Counted from the first letter of the stretch, positions 39,365-55,448 are shown. The stretch: 64,000 nt of DNA from Octopus vulgaris (GCA_951406725.2 OX597835.1:6572001-6636000), one strand, 5' to 3'. Program-made: numbers and translations. The notes: generated by a model not told the origin, from the sequence alone.

Positions 39365-40064
39365 TAATGGTATTATTTATAGCTTCTGTGCTTCCAGAGC
39401 TACTGTTCCAATAAAAATTATTTCACGTTCTCTCGGAAATTTATAAATTTCCTGTGACGTAATCAACATATAATTATGAAGAATTTAGTATAGTATTATC
39501 CATATAAATCAAATGGGGTGATTATAATCAAAATAAGCAACAAGGATATCCAAGGTAGTGTAGTACAATCGTTTCAGTACCTTGGATATCCTTGTTCTTC
39601 CAAATTCCCTCACAATGCTTGGTGGGGTGAAGGTGAGGTGGAGCTACAGTAGAAGATACTTACCCAAGGTGCCAAACAGCGGAACCGAACCTGAAACGAT
39701 GGGGTTGCAAGCAAGCTTCTCAACAAGAGCAATATGTCCCTGGAAGAATCAAAGAATTTAGGATTTAGCAGAGAGCTCTTTCTTTAATTTACTTCTTCAT
39801 GGACTAAATATAAAAATCAAAGAATTTTACGTCAAAACCTTCCAATTTCTTCATATTCTTTGGCTTTCTAAAATCCCGCAGTGATGGTGTCTGTAGAAAA
39901 GGGCGTGTAGGTCCCTGTTCTGATCCTTCTATTCTTATTCTGTCATAACTCTTTACCATTTCTAAAAGAAATAATTCCCAGCCTCTCTAATCCTTTACCT
40001 TCTTTTTTTATGTCTTCGTCTAGTATTTCTCTGTCTACATTCTGTACCACACACACACACACAC

Positions 40065-40095
<31 letters not shown>

Positions 40096-40572
40096 AAGAC
40101 ACACACACAGAGAAACACACAATCACATACATAGAGAAACACTCACACACACACACGCACAGGCATGCGCGTGCACACACACATACATGTAGAAGCACAC
40201 ACGCACACACAAAGGCACACACACAAAGGCACACACACATGCACACACCCACACATACATGTACACACAGACAGGCACGCACACACACACACACACACAC
40301 ATGCAAACACATACGTACACAAGAACACACACATACACATATGTAACAATGTACATACACACACACATTATATCAAATTATAAGCATCTGGATGAGAACT
40401 AGTAAACAGATATATATATATGTATGTATATAAATATATATATGTTTATATATATATATATACACACATACAAATACACACACATGTATACATATATACA
40501 CATATATATGCATATGTCTGTGCATGGTAACAACACTTACATAAACCACAGACGGGATATCTCAATTCGTCT

Positions 40573-40658
<86 letters not shown>

Positions 40659-40793
40659 TACATATATACACATATGTACATATGTATGTATATGTATATT
40701 TTGTATATACATATGTGCGTCTAAAAACATAACTTTAAGTAATAGCTACATAGACCTTCAGCTTAGATAAATAAATATGTTATATATATGCAC

Positions 40794-40828
<35 letters not shown>

Positions 40829-40847
40829 TATACATGCATATATATAC

Positions 40848-40977
<130 letters not shown>

Positions 40978-41005
40978 TGTATATATATACAAATATATGT
41001 ATATA

Positions 41006-41053
<48 letters not shown>

Positions 41054-41291
41054 ACACACATGTATATACATATATACAGATATGCATATATATATTTATG
41101 TGTGTGTGTGTGGGTGAGTGTATATATTATATATCATACATTAATGTCGACCCTGAAATCCCAGTAGAGTGTCAAACTGGCAATATCAACACGATCACAA
41201 CCATATTACCTTGCTCCCTCCCTCCCCCTCCCTTCACTTGATCTCTCTCCCTTCCCTTCTGCACACACAAACACAATGTACACACACACAC

Positions 41292-41363
<72 letters not shown>

Positions 41364-41386
41364 AATGTATATCTCTCTAGATGTGC

Positions 41387-41424
<38 letters not shown>

Positions 41425-41443
41425 GCACATATATATGTATGTG

Positions 41444-41474
<31 letters not shown>

Positions 41475-41538
41475 TCATTTGCACAGATTTATGTATGTGT
41501 ATATACTCATGTATATACATGCTTACATATACAGGTAT

Positions 41539-41569
<31 letters not shown>

Positions 41570-41801
41570 CACGTACATATAAACGTATCTCCTCATCACT
41601 CTCTCCTTCTCTTCATCTAATTCGCCAACCCACTGCTGCATAAACCAGCTTCATCACCCACGCCGCCGCCGCCGCCGCCGCCACCACAACCACCACCACC
41701 ACTACCACCACCACCACCATCATCATCACCATTACTGCCTCTATAATGATGCTTTCAACCAACCTCTCTACCACCACATCTACCACTGGTTTTGCCTTTG
41801 A

Positions 41802-41844
<43 letters not shown>

Positions 41845-42536
41845 ATACTACTGCTGCTGCTGCTGCTGCTACTACTACTGCTGCTGCTACTACTACTACA
41901 AGTCTTTAAGTGCCGACCAATCAACCACCAGGGCGAAAACCTAGCAGGCAGCAAACCAACAAATTCTCTCTTCTTACCCAATAACGACAAGAACAACAAG
42001 ATAAACAACAGCAGAACCATCACCACCACCATCACCACCACCACTATTACCAACACCACTACCAACACCAGCAGCAGCAGCAGCAACTTAATCATTGTTA
42101 CAAGACCCCAATCAGCACCTGCACCACCACACCACTACCACCACCACCACCACCACCACCACCACCACCACCACAACCACAACAACAACAACAACAACAA
42201 CCAGCATCAACAATAGCATCAACATCATTTCTATCTCTGGCATCACTCCACACATATATACACATCTGTATATACATATGTATATACATATGTATATACA
42301 CATATGTATATACACATATATATATTTCTTTATTGCCCACAAGGGGCTAAACATAGAGGGGACAAACAAGGACAGACAAAGGGGTTAAGTCGATTACATC
42401 GACCCCAGTGTGTAACTGGTACTTATTTATCGACCCCGAAAGGATGAAAGTCAAAGTCGACCTCGGCAGAATTTGAACTCAGAACGTAACGAAATATGGC
42501 TACGCATTTCGCCCGGCGTGCTAACGTTTCTGCCAG

Positions 42537-42732
42537 ATGAGGGGCTGATGAAAAATTTAAGGGTGTCATGAAAGGCCTGGTTGGAGGCTCAACCTACCGA
42601 GTTCTTTTTCAGGGCTTAGAAAAACTGAAAGACTGCTGCAATAAGTGTGTGAATCTCAGAGGGGAATAAAATCATGATTAACCCCTATATTTTCTTTGAC
42701 TAAAAGCCAGGAACTTCTCAGTACCCCCTCAT
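42537..42732 (+). mobile_element. Mariner-derived MITE
   Basis: degenerate TIRs tgaggggctgatgaaaa / acttctcagtaccccctca; internal remnant resembling the transposase C-terminus (NKCVNLRGE). Confidence 0.55.
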
Positions 42733-42758
42733 GCATACACATACATATATATGTACAT

Positions 42759-43135
42759 GTGGAGGCGCAATGGCCCAGTGGTTAGGGCAGTGGACTCGCG
42801 GTCGTAGGATCACGGTTTCGATTCCCAGATTGGACGTTGTGAGTGTTTATTGAGCGAAAACACCTCAAGCTCCATGTGGCTCTGGCAGGGGTTGGTTGCG
42901 AACCCTGCTGTACTCTTCCACCACAACTTTCTCTCACTCTTTCTCCCTGTTTCTGTTGTACCTGTATTTCAAAGGGGCCAGCTTTTCCACACTCTTGGTC
43001 ATACTGAATCTCCCCAGGAACTACGTTAAGGGTACATGTGTCTATGGAGTGCTCAGCATGTTAATTTCACGAGCAGGCTGTTCTGTTGATCGGGTCAACC
43101 GGAACCCTCATCGTTGTAACCGACGGAGTGCCACG
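42759..43135 (+). mobile_element. SINE family C
   Basis: matches 56820-57210. Confidence 0.85.
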
Positions 43136-43223
43136 ACAGCATACGTACACACGCACACACACACACACACATATATACATCAGTTGTCAAGCAATATTGG
43201 AGGGGGACAAACACAGACAACAA

Positions 43224-43269
<46 letters not shown>

Positions 43270-43289
43270 ACTCATACATATATCTATCA

Positions 43290-43603
43290 GAGACCCCCTT
43301 CGGTCACGAATGACCATGGGATTGCACCGAGAAAGTTACCCTCTGAGGCACAAGTCCGGGCAAGGTTATTTATGGAAGACCATCTTCCGCTCTCCACGCC
43401 ACCGATGTTATCCAAGGGAAAGGCAAAGGCTGATACAGCTTGGCACCTGTTACATCACAACTCATTTCTACAGCTGAGTGAACTGGAGCAATGTGAAATA
43501 AAGTGTCTTGCTCAAGAACACAACACACAGCCCGGTCCGGGATTCGAACTCGCATCCTAACGGTCGTAAGCTCGACGCTCTGACCACTGAGCCATGTGCC
43601 TTC
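43290..43603 (-). mobile_element. tRNA-derived SINE family E
   Basis: head ggcacatggctcagtggtcagagcg...gagttcgaatcccg, CORE/V-like gtgttcttgagcaagacacttt; decayed relatives near 4935-5070 and 10700-10810. Confidence 0.8.
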
Positions 43604-44186
43604 ACACACACTCACACAGACATACACACGCATGAACACACACACATCAAAATAAGCAACAAGGATATCCAGAGGTAATACAGTACGATAGTTTCATGCA
43701 ACTCCATTTAATTTAACAATGCAAACATTACATCAATTTAAAAGCAGACCAATCCTCAGGTGTACAAAGACATAGAGTTTAATTAAATTAAAACAGATGG
43801 ACACAGTATAATTATACCTTAAATCTCCAACGATCATACTGCATTACCTCTCGATATCCTTGTTGCTTATTTTGATTTTAATCACCTTACTTTGAAATTG
43901 TACTAAATTCTGGTTCCTCAAATTAAGTACCATATTCATCTGAATCTAAATTTTGCATAAGTCATATATATATATATATATATACAATGGGATTTTTTCA
44001 GTTTCCTCCTACCAAATACACTCACAAGGGTTTGGTTGGCCTGAGGCTATGGTAGAAGACACATGCCCAAAGTACTATGCAGTGGGACTGAAACTGGAAC
44101 CATGTGGTTAGGAAGCAAACATCTTACCACACCGCCACTCCTGCACATCTATCTATCTATCTCTCACTCTCTCTCTCTCTCCCCCC

Positions 44187-44226
<40 letters not shown>

Positions 44227-44455
44227 GTTTGAGCTTGTCCCTCAACGGTGTTTCACAACCAGTGCTTGTGTGTTTATGCTACTGTAACTTAGCAGTTCAG
44301 CAAAAGAAACTGATGGGCTTAAAAACAATAAGTACTGGGGTTGATTCATTTGACTAAAAATTCTTCAATGTCATGCCCCAGCATTGCCATAGTCTAATCA
44401 CACACACATATATATACATATATACATATATACATAGATATATATATATATAATC

Positions 44456-44486
<31 letters not shown>

Positions 44487-44500
44487 CATACATACAGACA

Positions 44501-44534
<34 letters not shown>

Positions 44535-45049
44535 TTTGGCACCTGTGCTGGTGGCACGTAAAAAGCACCCACTACACTCATGGAGTGGTTGGCATTAGGA
44601 AGGGCATCCAGCCGTAGAAACAATGCCAGATCAGACTGGGCCTGGTGCACCCTTCGGGCTTCCCAGACCCCAGTTGCACTGTCCAACCCATGCCAGCATG
44701 GAAAGCGGACGCTAAACGATGATGATGATGTGTGTGTATGTATGTGTATATCTATATCTATATATATAAGTACATGTGTGGCCATGTGGTAAAAAGCTTG
44801 CTTCCCAGTCACTTGGTTCCAGGTTCAGTCACACTGTGTGGCACCTTGGGTAAGTATTTTCCGCTATAGCCTCAAGTCCAACCAAAGCATTCTGAGTGGA
44901 TTTGGTAGATGGAAACTTCTTTCAGTTTCCATGTATCTTATACATATATATATATATATATATATATTTATGTATAATATGTATACATACATACGTACAT
45001 ATATATATATTTATATTCGTTATATATGCATATATATCTACGTGCCTAC

Positions 45050-45740
45050 ATCAACATCATATTCATCATCATCCTCATTGTCGCTGCTGTCTTCACCACC
45101 TCCACCTCCACTTCCACCTTCTCCACCTCCACCTCCAACTCCACCTCCAACTCCACCTCCACCACCTCCACCACCTCCACCACCTCCACCACCTCCACCC
45201 CCACTTCCACCACTTCCACCACCTCGACCACATCCACCTCCACTTGCACCACTTCCACCAGCACCTCCACAACCTCCACTTCCACCACCTCCACCACCTC
45301 CACCACCTCCACCTCCACCTCCACCTCCACCCCTACCCCTTCCACCACTGCTGCTGCTCTTGCTGCCGCTACCACCATTACCGCCAGCAGTGCAACCCTT
45401 CTTCTCTTCCTTATCATCATGCCGCTGCCGCCACCGCGACCACCACTGACGACGACCGTCACCACCATGACCATCACCGGCACCACTACAGCACCCACAC
45501 CACTGCTTCCATTGCCCTGCTAGTCATCGTCAGCATCATCATCATCATTATCCTTCTTGTCATCATCATCATCATCATCCACTTCATCATCATCATCATT
45601 ATCATCATCATTATCATCATCTTCATCATCATCATCATCATCCTCATCCTCCACCTCATCATCATCATCATTATCATCAACTTCATCATCATTATTATAT
45701 CATCATCATCATCATCATCTTCATCATCATCATCACCACC

Positions 45741-45773
<33 letters not shown>

Positions 45774-45890
45774 CTCTTCAACAGTATCCTCCTCCACCTC
45801 CTCCTCCACCTCATCATCATCACCATCTGCCATTATCTCTTCCTTAAATCTATCGTCATAACCATCAGTACAACCACCATCACTAAAGTG
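45050..45890. repeat. (CCA/CCT)n and (CAT)n trinucleotide low-complexity block
   Basis: direct observation; similar blocks at 41650-42225 and 54930-55465. Confidence 0.9.
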
Positions 45891-46347
45891 TGTGGGAGAA
45901 AGAGAGTGGAGGAGAGAAAGGGGAGAGGGAAAGAGAGAGAGAGAGAAAAAGACAGAGAATAAGAGTTAAGGAAAGAGGTGGTAAAGAGAGAGAGAGAGAG
46001 AGGAAGAGAGAGAGAGAGGAAGAGAGAGAGAGAGTGAGACAGACAGACAGAGAGGTTAGAAAAGTTTATATCCTGGCAGGCAGACCCCCACCTCTCCTCC
46101 CAAACATTCTGTGTCATGCACACACATATAATGTGTGTGTGTGTGAGTGTGTGTGCACGTGTGTGTGTGGGGGGTATATGCTGTGTAAAACATACAAGCA
46201 TGTAAAATGTACTCTCTCTTTCATACACACACATATATACAAACATATACAAATAATGTAATATCTGTCTGTCTTCTCTCTGACTAAGTATACATATACA
46301 TTCATACATACATACATACATACATACAAATATTTATATATATATAT

Positions 46348-46402
<55 letters not shown>

Positions 46403-46437
46403 TACATATATATACACACACACATATATATATATAC

Positions 46438-46503
<66 letters not shown>

Positions 46504-46571
46504 TGATGTTTTAGGAATAAAGAAATAAAATAAAAAGCACAGCAAAATAAAATAAAAAATATATCACGTAG

Positions 46572-46618
<47 letters not shown>

Positions 46619-46665
46619 TACACTCATATATATATATAAATACATACACATATACAAACATACAC

Positions 46666-46720
<55 letters not shown>

Positions 46721-46999
46721 TACACTCATATATATACATACACTCATATATGTATATATATATATATATATATATGTATAAAAGAGATATCAAAACCAAG
46801 CCATCTAAAGGAGAAAGCTAAGCAATGAAAACAAAAAAGAAATAAATAATAAAAATAAAAGCAAAGAGGGGAAAAAAAAAGCAAAGCAACAACAAAAAAA
46901 AAAGACACTTTTCTTTTCTTGCTTTCTTCTTTCGTGGAAGAAGTGGAACTTGTTGGTGATTTGCCGCGGCTAAGAAAGGGGGTTGGTTGTTGGCTACAT

Positions 47000-47965
47000 A
47001 TGTTTGTGTCACTCTTCTATGATTCTAAGCAGTTCTCTCCACAGTCGATCGTCGGATCAAGGTGCTGCTGTCCCATCCAGTTCCTCGCTTTGGTCTTGAT
47101 CTTCGGAGTTTTCCTGTCGGGGATCTCTTGCGTTCCGTCTCGACATGCTCTCGCTTCTCCGTCCGACGACCACCAGGAAACGGTCGAGAAACTCCACCAC
47201 CTCCAACATCATCACCACCACCACCACCACCATCGCCGCCACCAACAACACCACCAGCACCAAAACCTCCACCGCCACCAACAACAACATCACCACCACC
47301 ACCACCGCAATGAAAACCACCACCGCCATCATCATCATCAACCACACTACCACCAACACCAGCCCCACCACCCTCGCCAGCACCAGCACCAACACCACCA
47401 GCATCATCAGCAGCGGCAGCAGCACCGCCTTGTCGGTGTTGTCGTTCCCACCGCTGTCAACGCCACCACCACCACCACTACTACCACTAACCCCATCGCT
47501 ACCACCACCACCACTACCAGAGGATCTGTTCTTGCTGTCGCCTCTGCCGTTGTTGTCAAGAGTGAAAGAGAGGAGAAGAGGGCGCCACTGTTGTCGTCAT
47601 CGTCGAATTTGTCACATGAACAGAAAACAACCCATCTGAGATTGTCCTCACCATCGCCTTCTTCTTCTTCGCCTTCGCCTTCTTCTTCTTCTTCTTCTTC
47701 TTCTTCTTCTTCTTCTTCTTCTTCTTCTTCTTCTTCTTCTCCCTCCCCTTCTTCTTTGCTTCTGTATTCTTTGGCCGAGACAACAATAAGAAATGCTAGA
47801 AAGAAGGAAGAAAAAGTTCCGGAGACATTGGTGAAGACTTCAGTGCCGGAATCCGTTGGAAGGAAAATACCGCAAGGACAAAACCGGGAAAGCCATCACC
47901 AACACCGACAACAATACCATCACCACCACCACCGACACCTTAGTAACAACAGCAGCAGCAGTACT

Positions 47966-48023
<58 letters not shown>

Positions 48024-48475
48024 TTAAGAATGATAGTCATTACCACTTTCAACAGAGATGGTCAAGGAAGAAACGGCAAGTGCAATTACTAATTGATAGG
48101 AACAGTGGTTTGGTCACACTACCACCACCGCTACCACCATCAGCATCGCTAGCCTCATCATCGTTGTCGTCATCATCACCATCCTCCTCCTCCTCATCAT
48201 CATCATCGTTGACGTCGCCACCGTCGTCTCCCTTAACGCTGTCGCAACCTTCGTCATCATCGACACCGTACTACTCCCCGCCTCGACCACCTCTGCCGGT
48301 ACCGCTTCTGCGGCCGTCCCCATCTTCTCTACCCCTGAAGACATCGCCGCCACTGCCACCGCATGGATTAGAAACCGCACTATTGTCCGAGGAAGATTTG
48401 AAGCGACAACAGCAACGAGAAGAACAACCACACTTGGAGAATGCCAGGAACAACAAGACCAATCGCAGAGCCACA
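47000..48475 (+). CDS. Probable first coding exon of an unidentified secreted or membrane protein with His/Gln-, Thr-, Ser-, Asn- and Pro-rich tracts
   Basis: ATG at 47000 lies in a 540-codon open frame; hydrophobic signal-like segment [19 protein letters not shown]; furin-type RKKR; higher GC than flanks; ends at a GTGAGT donor (48476) just before TA microsatellite. No recognisable domain and no downstream exon found. Confidence 0.55.
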
Positions 48476-48834
48476 GTGAGTCTCTCTTCTTTTATAATGA
48501 TATCTCTATGCATGCATGTCTATCTATCTATCTATCTATAAATATATATATAATATATATGTATATATATATATATATATATATACATATATATATACAT
48601 ATATATATTTATATATATGTATATATATATGTGTATTTATGTATATATATATATATGTATATATATGTATACATATATGTATATATATGTATATATATAT
48701 ATACATATATATATGTATATATAAATATGTATATATTTATATATATGTATATATATATATATGTATTTATATGTGTATATACATATATATATATGTATAT
48801 ACATATGTACATATTTGTGTATACACACACACAG

Positions 48835-48892
<58 letters not shown>

Positions 48893-49130
48893 TATGTATA
48901 TTCTTTTACTTCTTTCTCTCATTTGACTGCGGCCATTCTGGAGTGGAGCACCACCATTTAGTTGAGCAAATTGATCCCATGACATATTGTTTGCAAGCTG
49001 AGTACTTATTTTATTGGGCTCTTTTGCTGAATCACTAAGTTATGGAGACGTTAACACCAGCATCAGTTGTCAAGCGATGTTCGTGGGGGGACAGACACAG
49101 ACACACAGACATATACGCACATATATATAC

Positions 49131-49165
<35 letters not shown>

Positions 49166-49426
49166 CATACATATATATACTTATATATATATATATTTAT
49201 ATCTACATCTTTATACGGATATAAATATAAATATAAATATAAATAAATAAATAAATAAGTAAATCAATATATATATATATATATATATATGTATTAGATA
49301 AAGATAGTTATAGGTGGTCTATGGGGTTACCTAAGGTTTCATGTCCATAATGCTCTGGCTTTATCTAATTACTCTGTTGCCCCATAGCCTACAGTGTGTT
49401 TTTCTCTCAGATTTATGATTCAGAGA

Positions 49427-49473
<47 letters not shown>

Positions 49474-49622
49474 GGAGTGGGTATTTGGTAAGAAGCTTGC
49501 TTCCTCACCATATGGTCCCTAGTTCAGTTTTATTGCATTGCATCTTGGGCACGTGTCCTGTCAGGTAAACCAAAGACTTGTGAGTGGATTTGGTAGATAG
49601 AAACTGAAAGAAGCCTGTCGTA

Positions 49623-49692
<70 letters not shown>

Positions 49693-49693
49693 C

Positions 49694-49746
<53 letters not shown>

Positions 49747-50070
49747 TGTGTGTCTGTGTGTTTGTTTGTGCCCCTTGACAAGCAGTGTTGGTGTGTTTAC
49801 ATCCCTGTCACTTAGTGGTTTGCAAAAGAGACCAATAGAATAAGTACTAGTCTTACAAAGTATAAGTCCTGGGGTCGATTTGTTTGACTAAAGACAGTGC
49901 TTCAGGATGACCACAGTCAAATGACGGAAACAAATAAAAGAATAACAGAATATAGAAGAATCTATCTATCTCTGTATACCTATATCTATCTGTCTATCTA
50001 TTTATCAATCTATCTATCTATCTATCTATCTATCTGCCAGTCTGTCTGTCTGTCTATCTATCTATCTACC

Positions 50071-50101
<31 letters not shown>

Positions 50102-50124
50102 CTATCTATCTGTCTGTCTGTTTG

Positions 50125-50215
<91 letters not shown>

Positions 50216-50220
50216 GTCTG

Positions 50221-50251
<31 letters not shown>

Positions 50252-50558
50252 ATCTATCTATCTATATATGGTTAGCAAGTTTGTTTTACAATTGTGTAAA
50301 TGTTACTCTGTGATTTATCCAACAATGGAGACTTATGACTAACGACTAATGATGTAGATCAAAGATGAAGAGTAATGAATGGTAGCTCAGAGTTTAAAAA
50401 ATACTGCTTGTTTCTGAAGCAATTAAAATTAAAATTGTGCTGTATAACTCTGTGTGTATGTATATATACATACACATATATATATATATATATTAATAAA
50501 TAAATAAATAAATAAATATATATATAAATAAATAAATAAATAAATATATATATATATA

Positions 50559-50703
<145 letters not shown>

Positions 50704-50781
50704 GTGGCTGCATCAAATGACTGAAATAAGCGAAAAATAAAGATATATATGTATAGATATATAGATACATACATATATACA

Positions 50782-50861
<80 letters not shown>

Positions 50862-51496
50862 TGTGTGTGTGTGTGTATGGCTTTCAATTTCCACCAGGTG
50901 ATTATTTTCCTTTTCTGAAGGTGGAGAAAATATGAATAAACCATGTACTTGTGTTACATTTAATATATCTTTATTAATCCTTGTTGCTCAAATATGCCAG
51001 TGGTCTCTTTAAGTTATTTCCCTTAGGTCATTTTTGTTTAAATTATGCAAATGACCCTGGGCCGTAAATGTGTTTTGGCTTCTTTTAAATTTGTCAAAGT
51101 GTTTTTTTCTGCTGAAGAGAAAATAAGAAACTGCTGAGCTGAAAACTCTTATTGAGGTAGAAACACATGCATATAGTTATCCTTTCATCTTTGTTTATAT
51201 TTCCTGATGGTATTTCAATTTTGAAGAAATCTTAATTCTTGAGATCATCCCCACTCCTTACTTAAAGCCAGTTCTGGTATATTATTTTCTCCCCTTTGCT
51301 GGAATCAGTGATAACTTTGATCAAAAATTTATATAAAGAAATTTATCTGGAATGGGACTGTTGTTTCATTTGTCTCTGTTCCTCAAATTTGAGTCCCTGA
51401 TTCTTCTGAGTTATTTCCCTTTATTCAATTTTCATTTATATAAAACTTGCAAACATAAAGACATACTGACATTTGTCATTTGTGTGTATGCGTGTC

Positions 51497-51637
<141 letters not shown>

Positions 51638-51867
51638 TATACTTGAGACCCTATATATATAAGTTACTTCCCTTTATTCAATTTTCATTTACATAAAACT
51701 TGCAAACATAAAGACATACTGACATTTGTCATTTGTATTTGTGTATATGAGTGTCTGTGTGTCTATATATATATATATATGTACATAAGTATAAAACGTA
51801 TAAATATACACACATACACATTCGTACATGCATATACATATATATAAATGTGTGTTTACATATTTAT

Positions 51868-51902
<35 letters not shown>

Positions 51903-51985
51903 TATATATATATGCATCTGTTATATCTATCTATATATCCTGTATGCTCTATCCAACATACACTCACACACACACACACACAACA

Positions 51986-52037
<52 letters not shown>

Positions 52038-52444
52038 TATATATCTGTAAATATAATATGTGACAATTATTCAGTAACCATGATAAAACATGGGGCAGAA
52101 ACCCACGTTGGCATCTCTTCAGTTATCGGGCCATCGAAAAAAATGCTATGATGGCCCAATAACTGAAGAGATAGCGGTGTGAGTTTCCTGCCTGACATTT
52201 GAAACTCAGAGTTTTATCATGGCTACCCAATAATTGTCACATATTATACTTACAGATAAATTCCTCTATTTACATAATGTTGAGGTCTCTTTCTTTCTTT
52301 TGTTGTCTTACCATTTCTAGCAATATATATATATATACATACACACACATACACAAACATATATACTTGTGTGTCTGTATGTATATGTATATATATTTAT
52401 ATATATGTATTTATGTATGTGTGTGTGTGTATCTTTCTCTCTCT

Positions 52445-52853
52445 TTTCTCTTTTACTTGTTTCAGTCATTTGACTGCGGCCATGCTGGAGCACCGCCTTT
52501 TTTTTAGTCGAGCAAATCGACCCCGGGACTTATTCTTTGTAAGCCCAGTACTTATTCTATCGGTCTCTTTTGCCGAACCGCTAAGTGACGGGGACGTAAA
52601 CACACCAGCATCGGTTGTCAAGCAATGCCTGGGGGACAAACACAGACACACAAACATACACACACACACATATATATATATATACATATATACGACAGGC
52701 TTCTTTCAGTTTCCATCTACCAAATCCACTCACAAGGCATTGGTCGGCCCGGGGCTATAGCAGAAGACACTTGCCCAAGATGCCACGCAGTAGAACTGAA
52801 CCCGGAACCATGTGGTTGGTTAGCAAGCTACTTACCACACAGCCACTCCTGCG

Positions 52854-52855
<2 letters not shown>
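52445..52855 (-). mobile_element. SINE family B, full length
   Basis: near-identical to 56150-56547 and 58550-58958. Confidence 0.9.
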
Positions 52856-52925
<70 letters not shown>

Positions 52926-53673
52926 TATACATATATATAAAATATGAATTAGAGATAAAACCACTATTATGTAACTCAAAAAGTGATAGACATAAACCAA
53001 TACATAAATAACAAATAATATAAATATAATATATAATTTTTTTTCCAAAAAGTATAAAAAGAATGATAAAAATAATATAATATAATAAATTATACTCCCT
53101 AATATTATTATTATATATATATATATATATTAGAAGAAATGAGGTAATCAGAAGATCGGATGGTTCATATTTATAGATATTTATTTATATATTACATATA
53201 TATATCATATCATTCAGATCATATCATTCGGATTATTAGCGCTTTCTCCCATTCCAGTGGGGTTTTCAAATCAAATATGCACACACATATATGAATAATT
53301 GAAAACCAAAATGAGAGTGGAGATTTATTCACATAAAAAAACTTGTTTAATCAGAAAAGTTTTCTACTGCATACATAACAATGAGCAACATATGTTTCTA
53401 CTGCAGCAACTGCACATTGCTCCGTATGCAATTATGCATCCTAGTCGTGGCAGTTTCATCAAGGGTCAATCACTCATGACATTTTCAAAGTGAACTAATT
53501 CAAACAACCTTCCTGTGTTGGTATTCAGCTTAAGGTGGTAGCTTTACTTTTTAAATCAAATTGAAATTCTGGTCTTATAATAACCCCTACTGGGATTACA
53601 GGGGAAGAATTGAGGTTTTAAAATGTTTATTTATATTACAATCAACTGTAGCAATCTTGTTTATATTTTACTG

Positions 53674-53820
<147 letters not shown>

Positions 53821-53843
53821 TATATAATATATATAATATAATA

Positions 53844-53877
<34 letters not shown>

Positions 53878-53891
53878 CACAATATATATAT

Positions 53892-53979
<88 letters not shown>

Positions 53980-54047
53980 TTACACACATATATATATACA
54001 CACACACATGTCCTTATGCACAAACAGCTCATGCAACAAACCACCTC

Positions 54048-54080
<33 letters not shown>

Positions 54081-54699
54081 TGTATACTGCACTTAATAAT
54101 ACATGTACTTGCACTTCCCCACCCACAAACAGACCTTCTCACTCATACAAATATGCAAACACACAAACACATACACACACACAGATAAACATATATACAC
54201 ACATACATCCTGACTTGGAAGCACATACACACACACGTATATATATATATATACGTACCCCCTCCCACCATTTAGTGACAAATGCAGGCACAAAAGCCCA
54301 AACGCCTCACAAACACACGCACAACATATAGACGCCCATTCCCAGACGCCTTCACTGCCGCTTTTGGCATTTGTTTCAAAATATGTTTGGTTGTCCATAT
54401 CAACGACTCAGATTTCAAACCAAGATTCGCTGTTCAATTAGAAATTTTATCCCTTCTGAGATGCATACGTTTTCCTTTTTATTTTATTTTCTCTTTTTTC
54501 TTTAAAAAAAAAAAAAAAAAAAATTGAGAAAAAATTGTTATGTAGCCTAGAAAAAAGAGAAGACTAACAACACTTTAAGTTTGCTGTGGTTGTTTACAAT
54601 AATAAAGTAAAACATATATATATATATATATATAAACTTAGATAAACTTAGATGTGTTTCGACCAATGATTGGTCCAGGCCATGTCTAACTTAATAGCT

Positions 54700-54783
<84 letters not shown>

Positions 54784-55125
54784 GTATATATGTATATGTA
54801 ATAAGTTAACATAATTTTGTATCTTTTTTAATGAGGCACAGAGCAAACATTTAATTTTATTATTATAAACTTGGTTGCTTGAATATGTCTGACACCTCTC
54901 ACTTGGAATAACTCCTCCATGATCTCACTACCAATGATGATAATAATAACAATAATAATAATAATAATAATAGTGATGACGATGATGATGATTATGAGAA
55001 TGAGGATGATGATGATGATGATGATGAGACTGATGATGATGATAAAAGCAACAACAACAATGGTAGTAGTAATAGTATTAGTATTAGTATTAGTAGTATT
55101 AGTATTAGTATTAGTATTATTATTA

Positions 55126-55171
<46 letters not shown>

Positions 55172-55245
55172 CATCATCATCATTATTATTATTATTATTC
55201 TTATTATTATAATTTTTATTATTATTATTATTATTATTATTAGTT

Positions 55246-55287
<42 letters not shown>

Positions 55288-55414
55288 ATAATGACGGTAA
55301 TGGAAATAATTTCTGCTTTAGCACTACAAGTATTAATTGCACTTAAGGGAACTCCTGCAGAGAACTGACAGAGGCAATTTGGTTCAAGTGAACACTCAAA
55401 ATATGATGATGCTG

Positions 55415-55448
<34 letters not shown>

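Noticed and set aside
41613-42388. ORFs with poly-L/S/T/H
   Set aside because: Triplet low complexity; may be UTR but there is no evidence of coding
42759-42835. tRNA-like sequences
   Set aside because: SINE heads with A/B boxes, continuous with SINE bodies; no complete cloverleaf
44838-45861. Pro-, His- and Thr-rich ORFs
   Set aside because: Trinucleotide repeats open in several frames on both strands, starting in SINE or microsatellite DNA, with no splice or domain support
54648-54680. GACCAAT/ATTGGTC hairpin plus GAAAC on the minus strand
   Set aside because: First catalytic box missing; only a possible remnant
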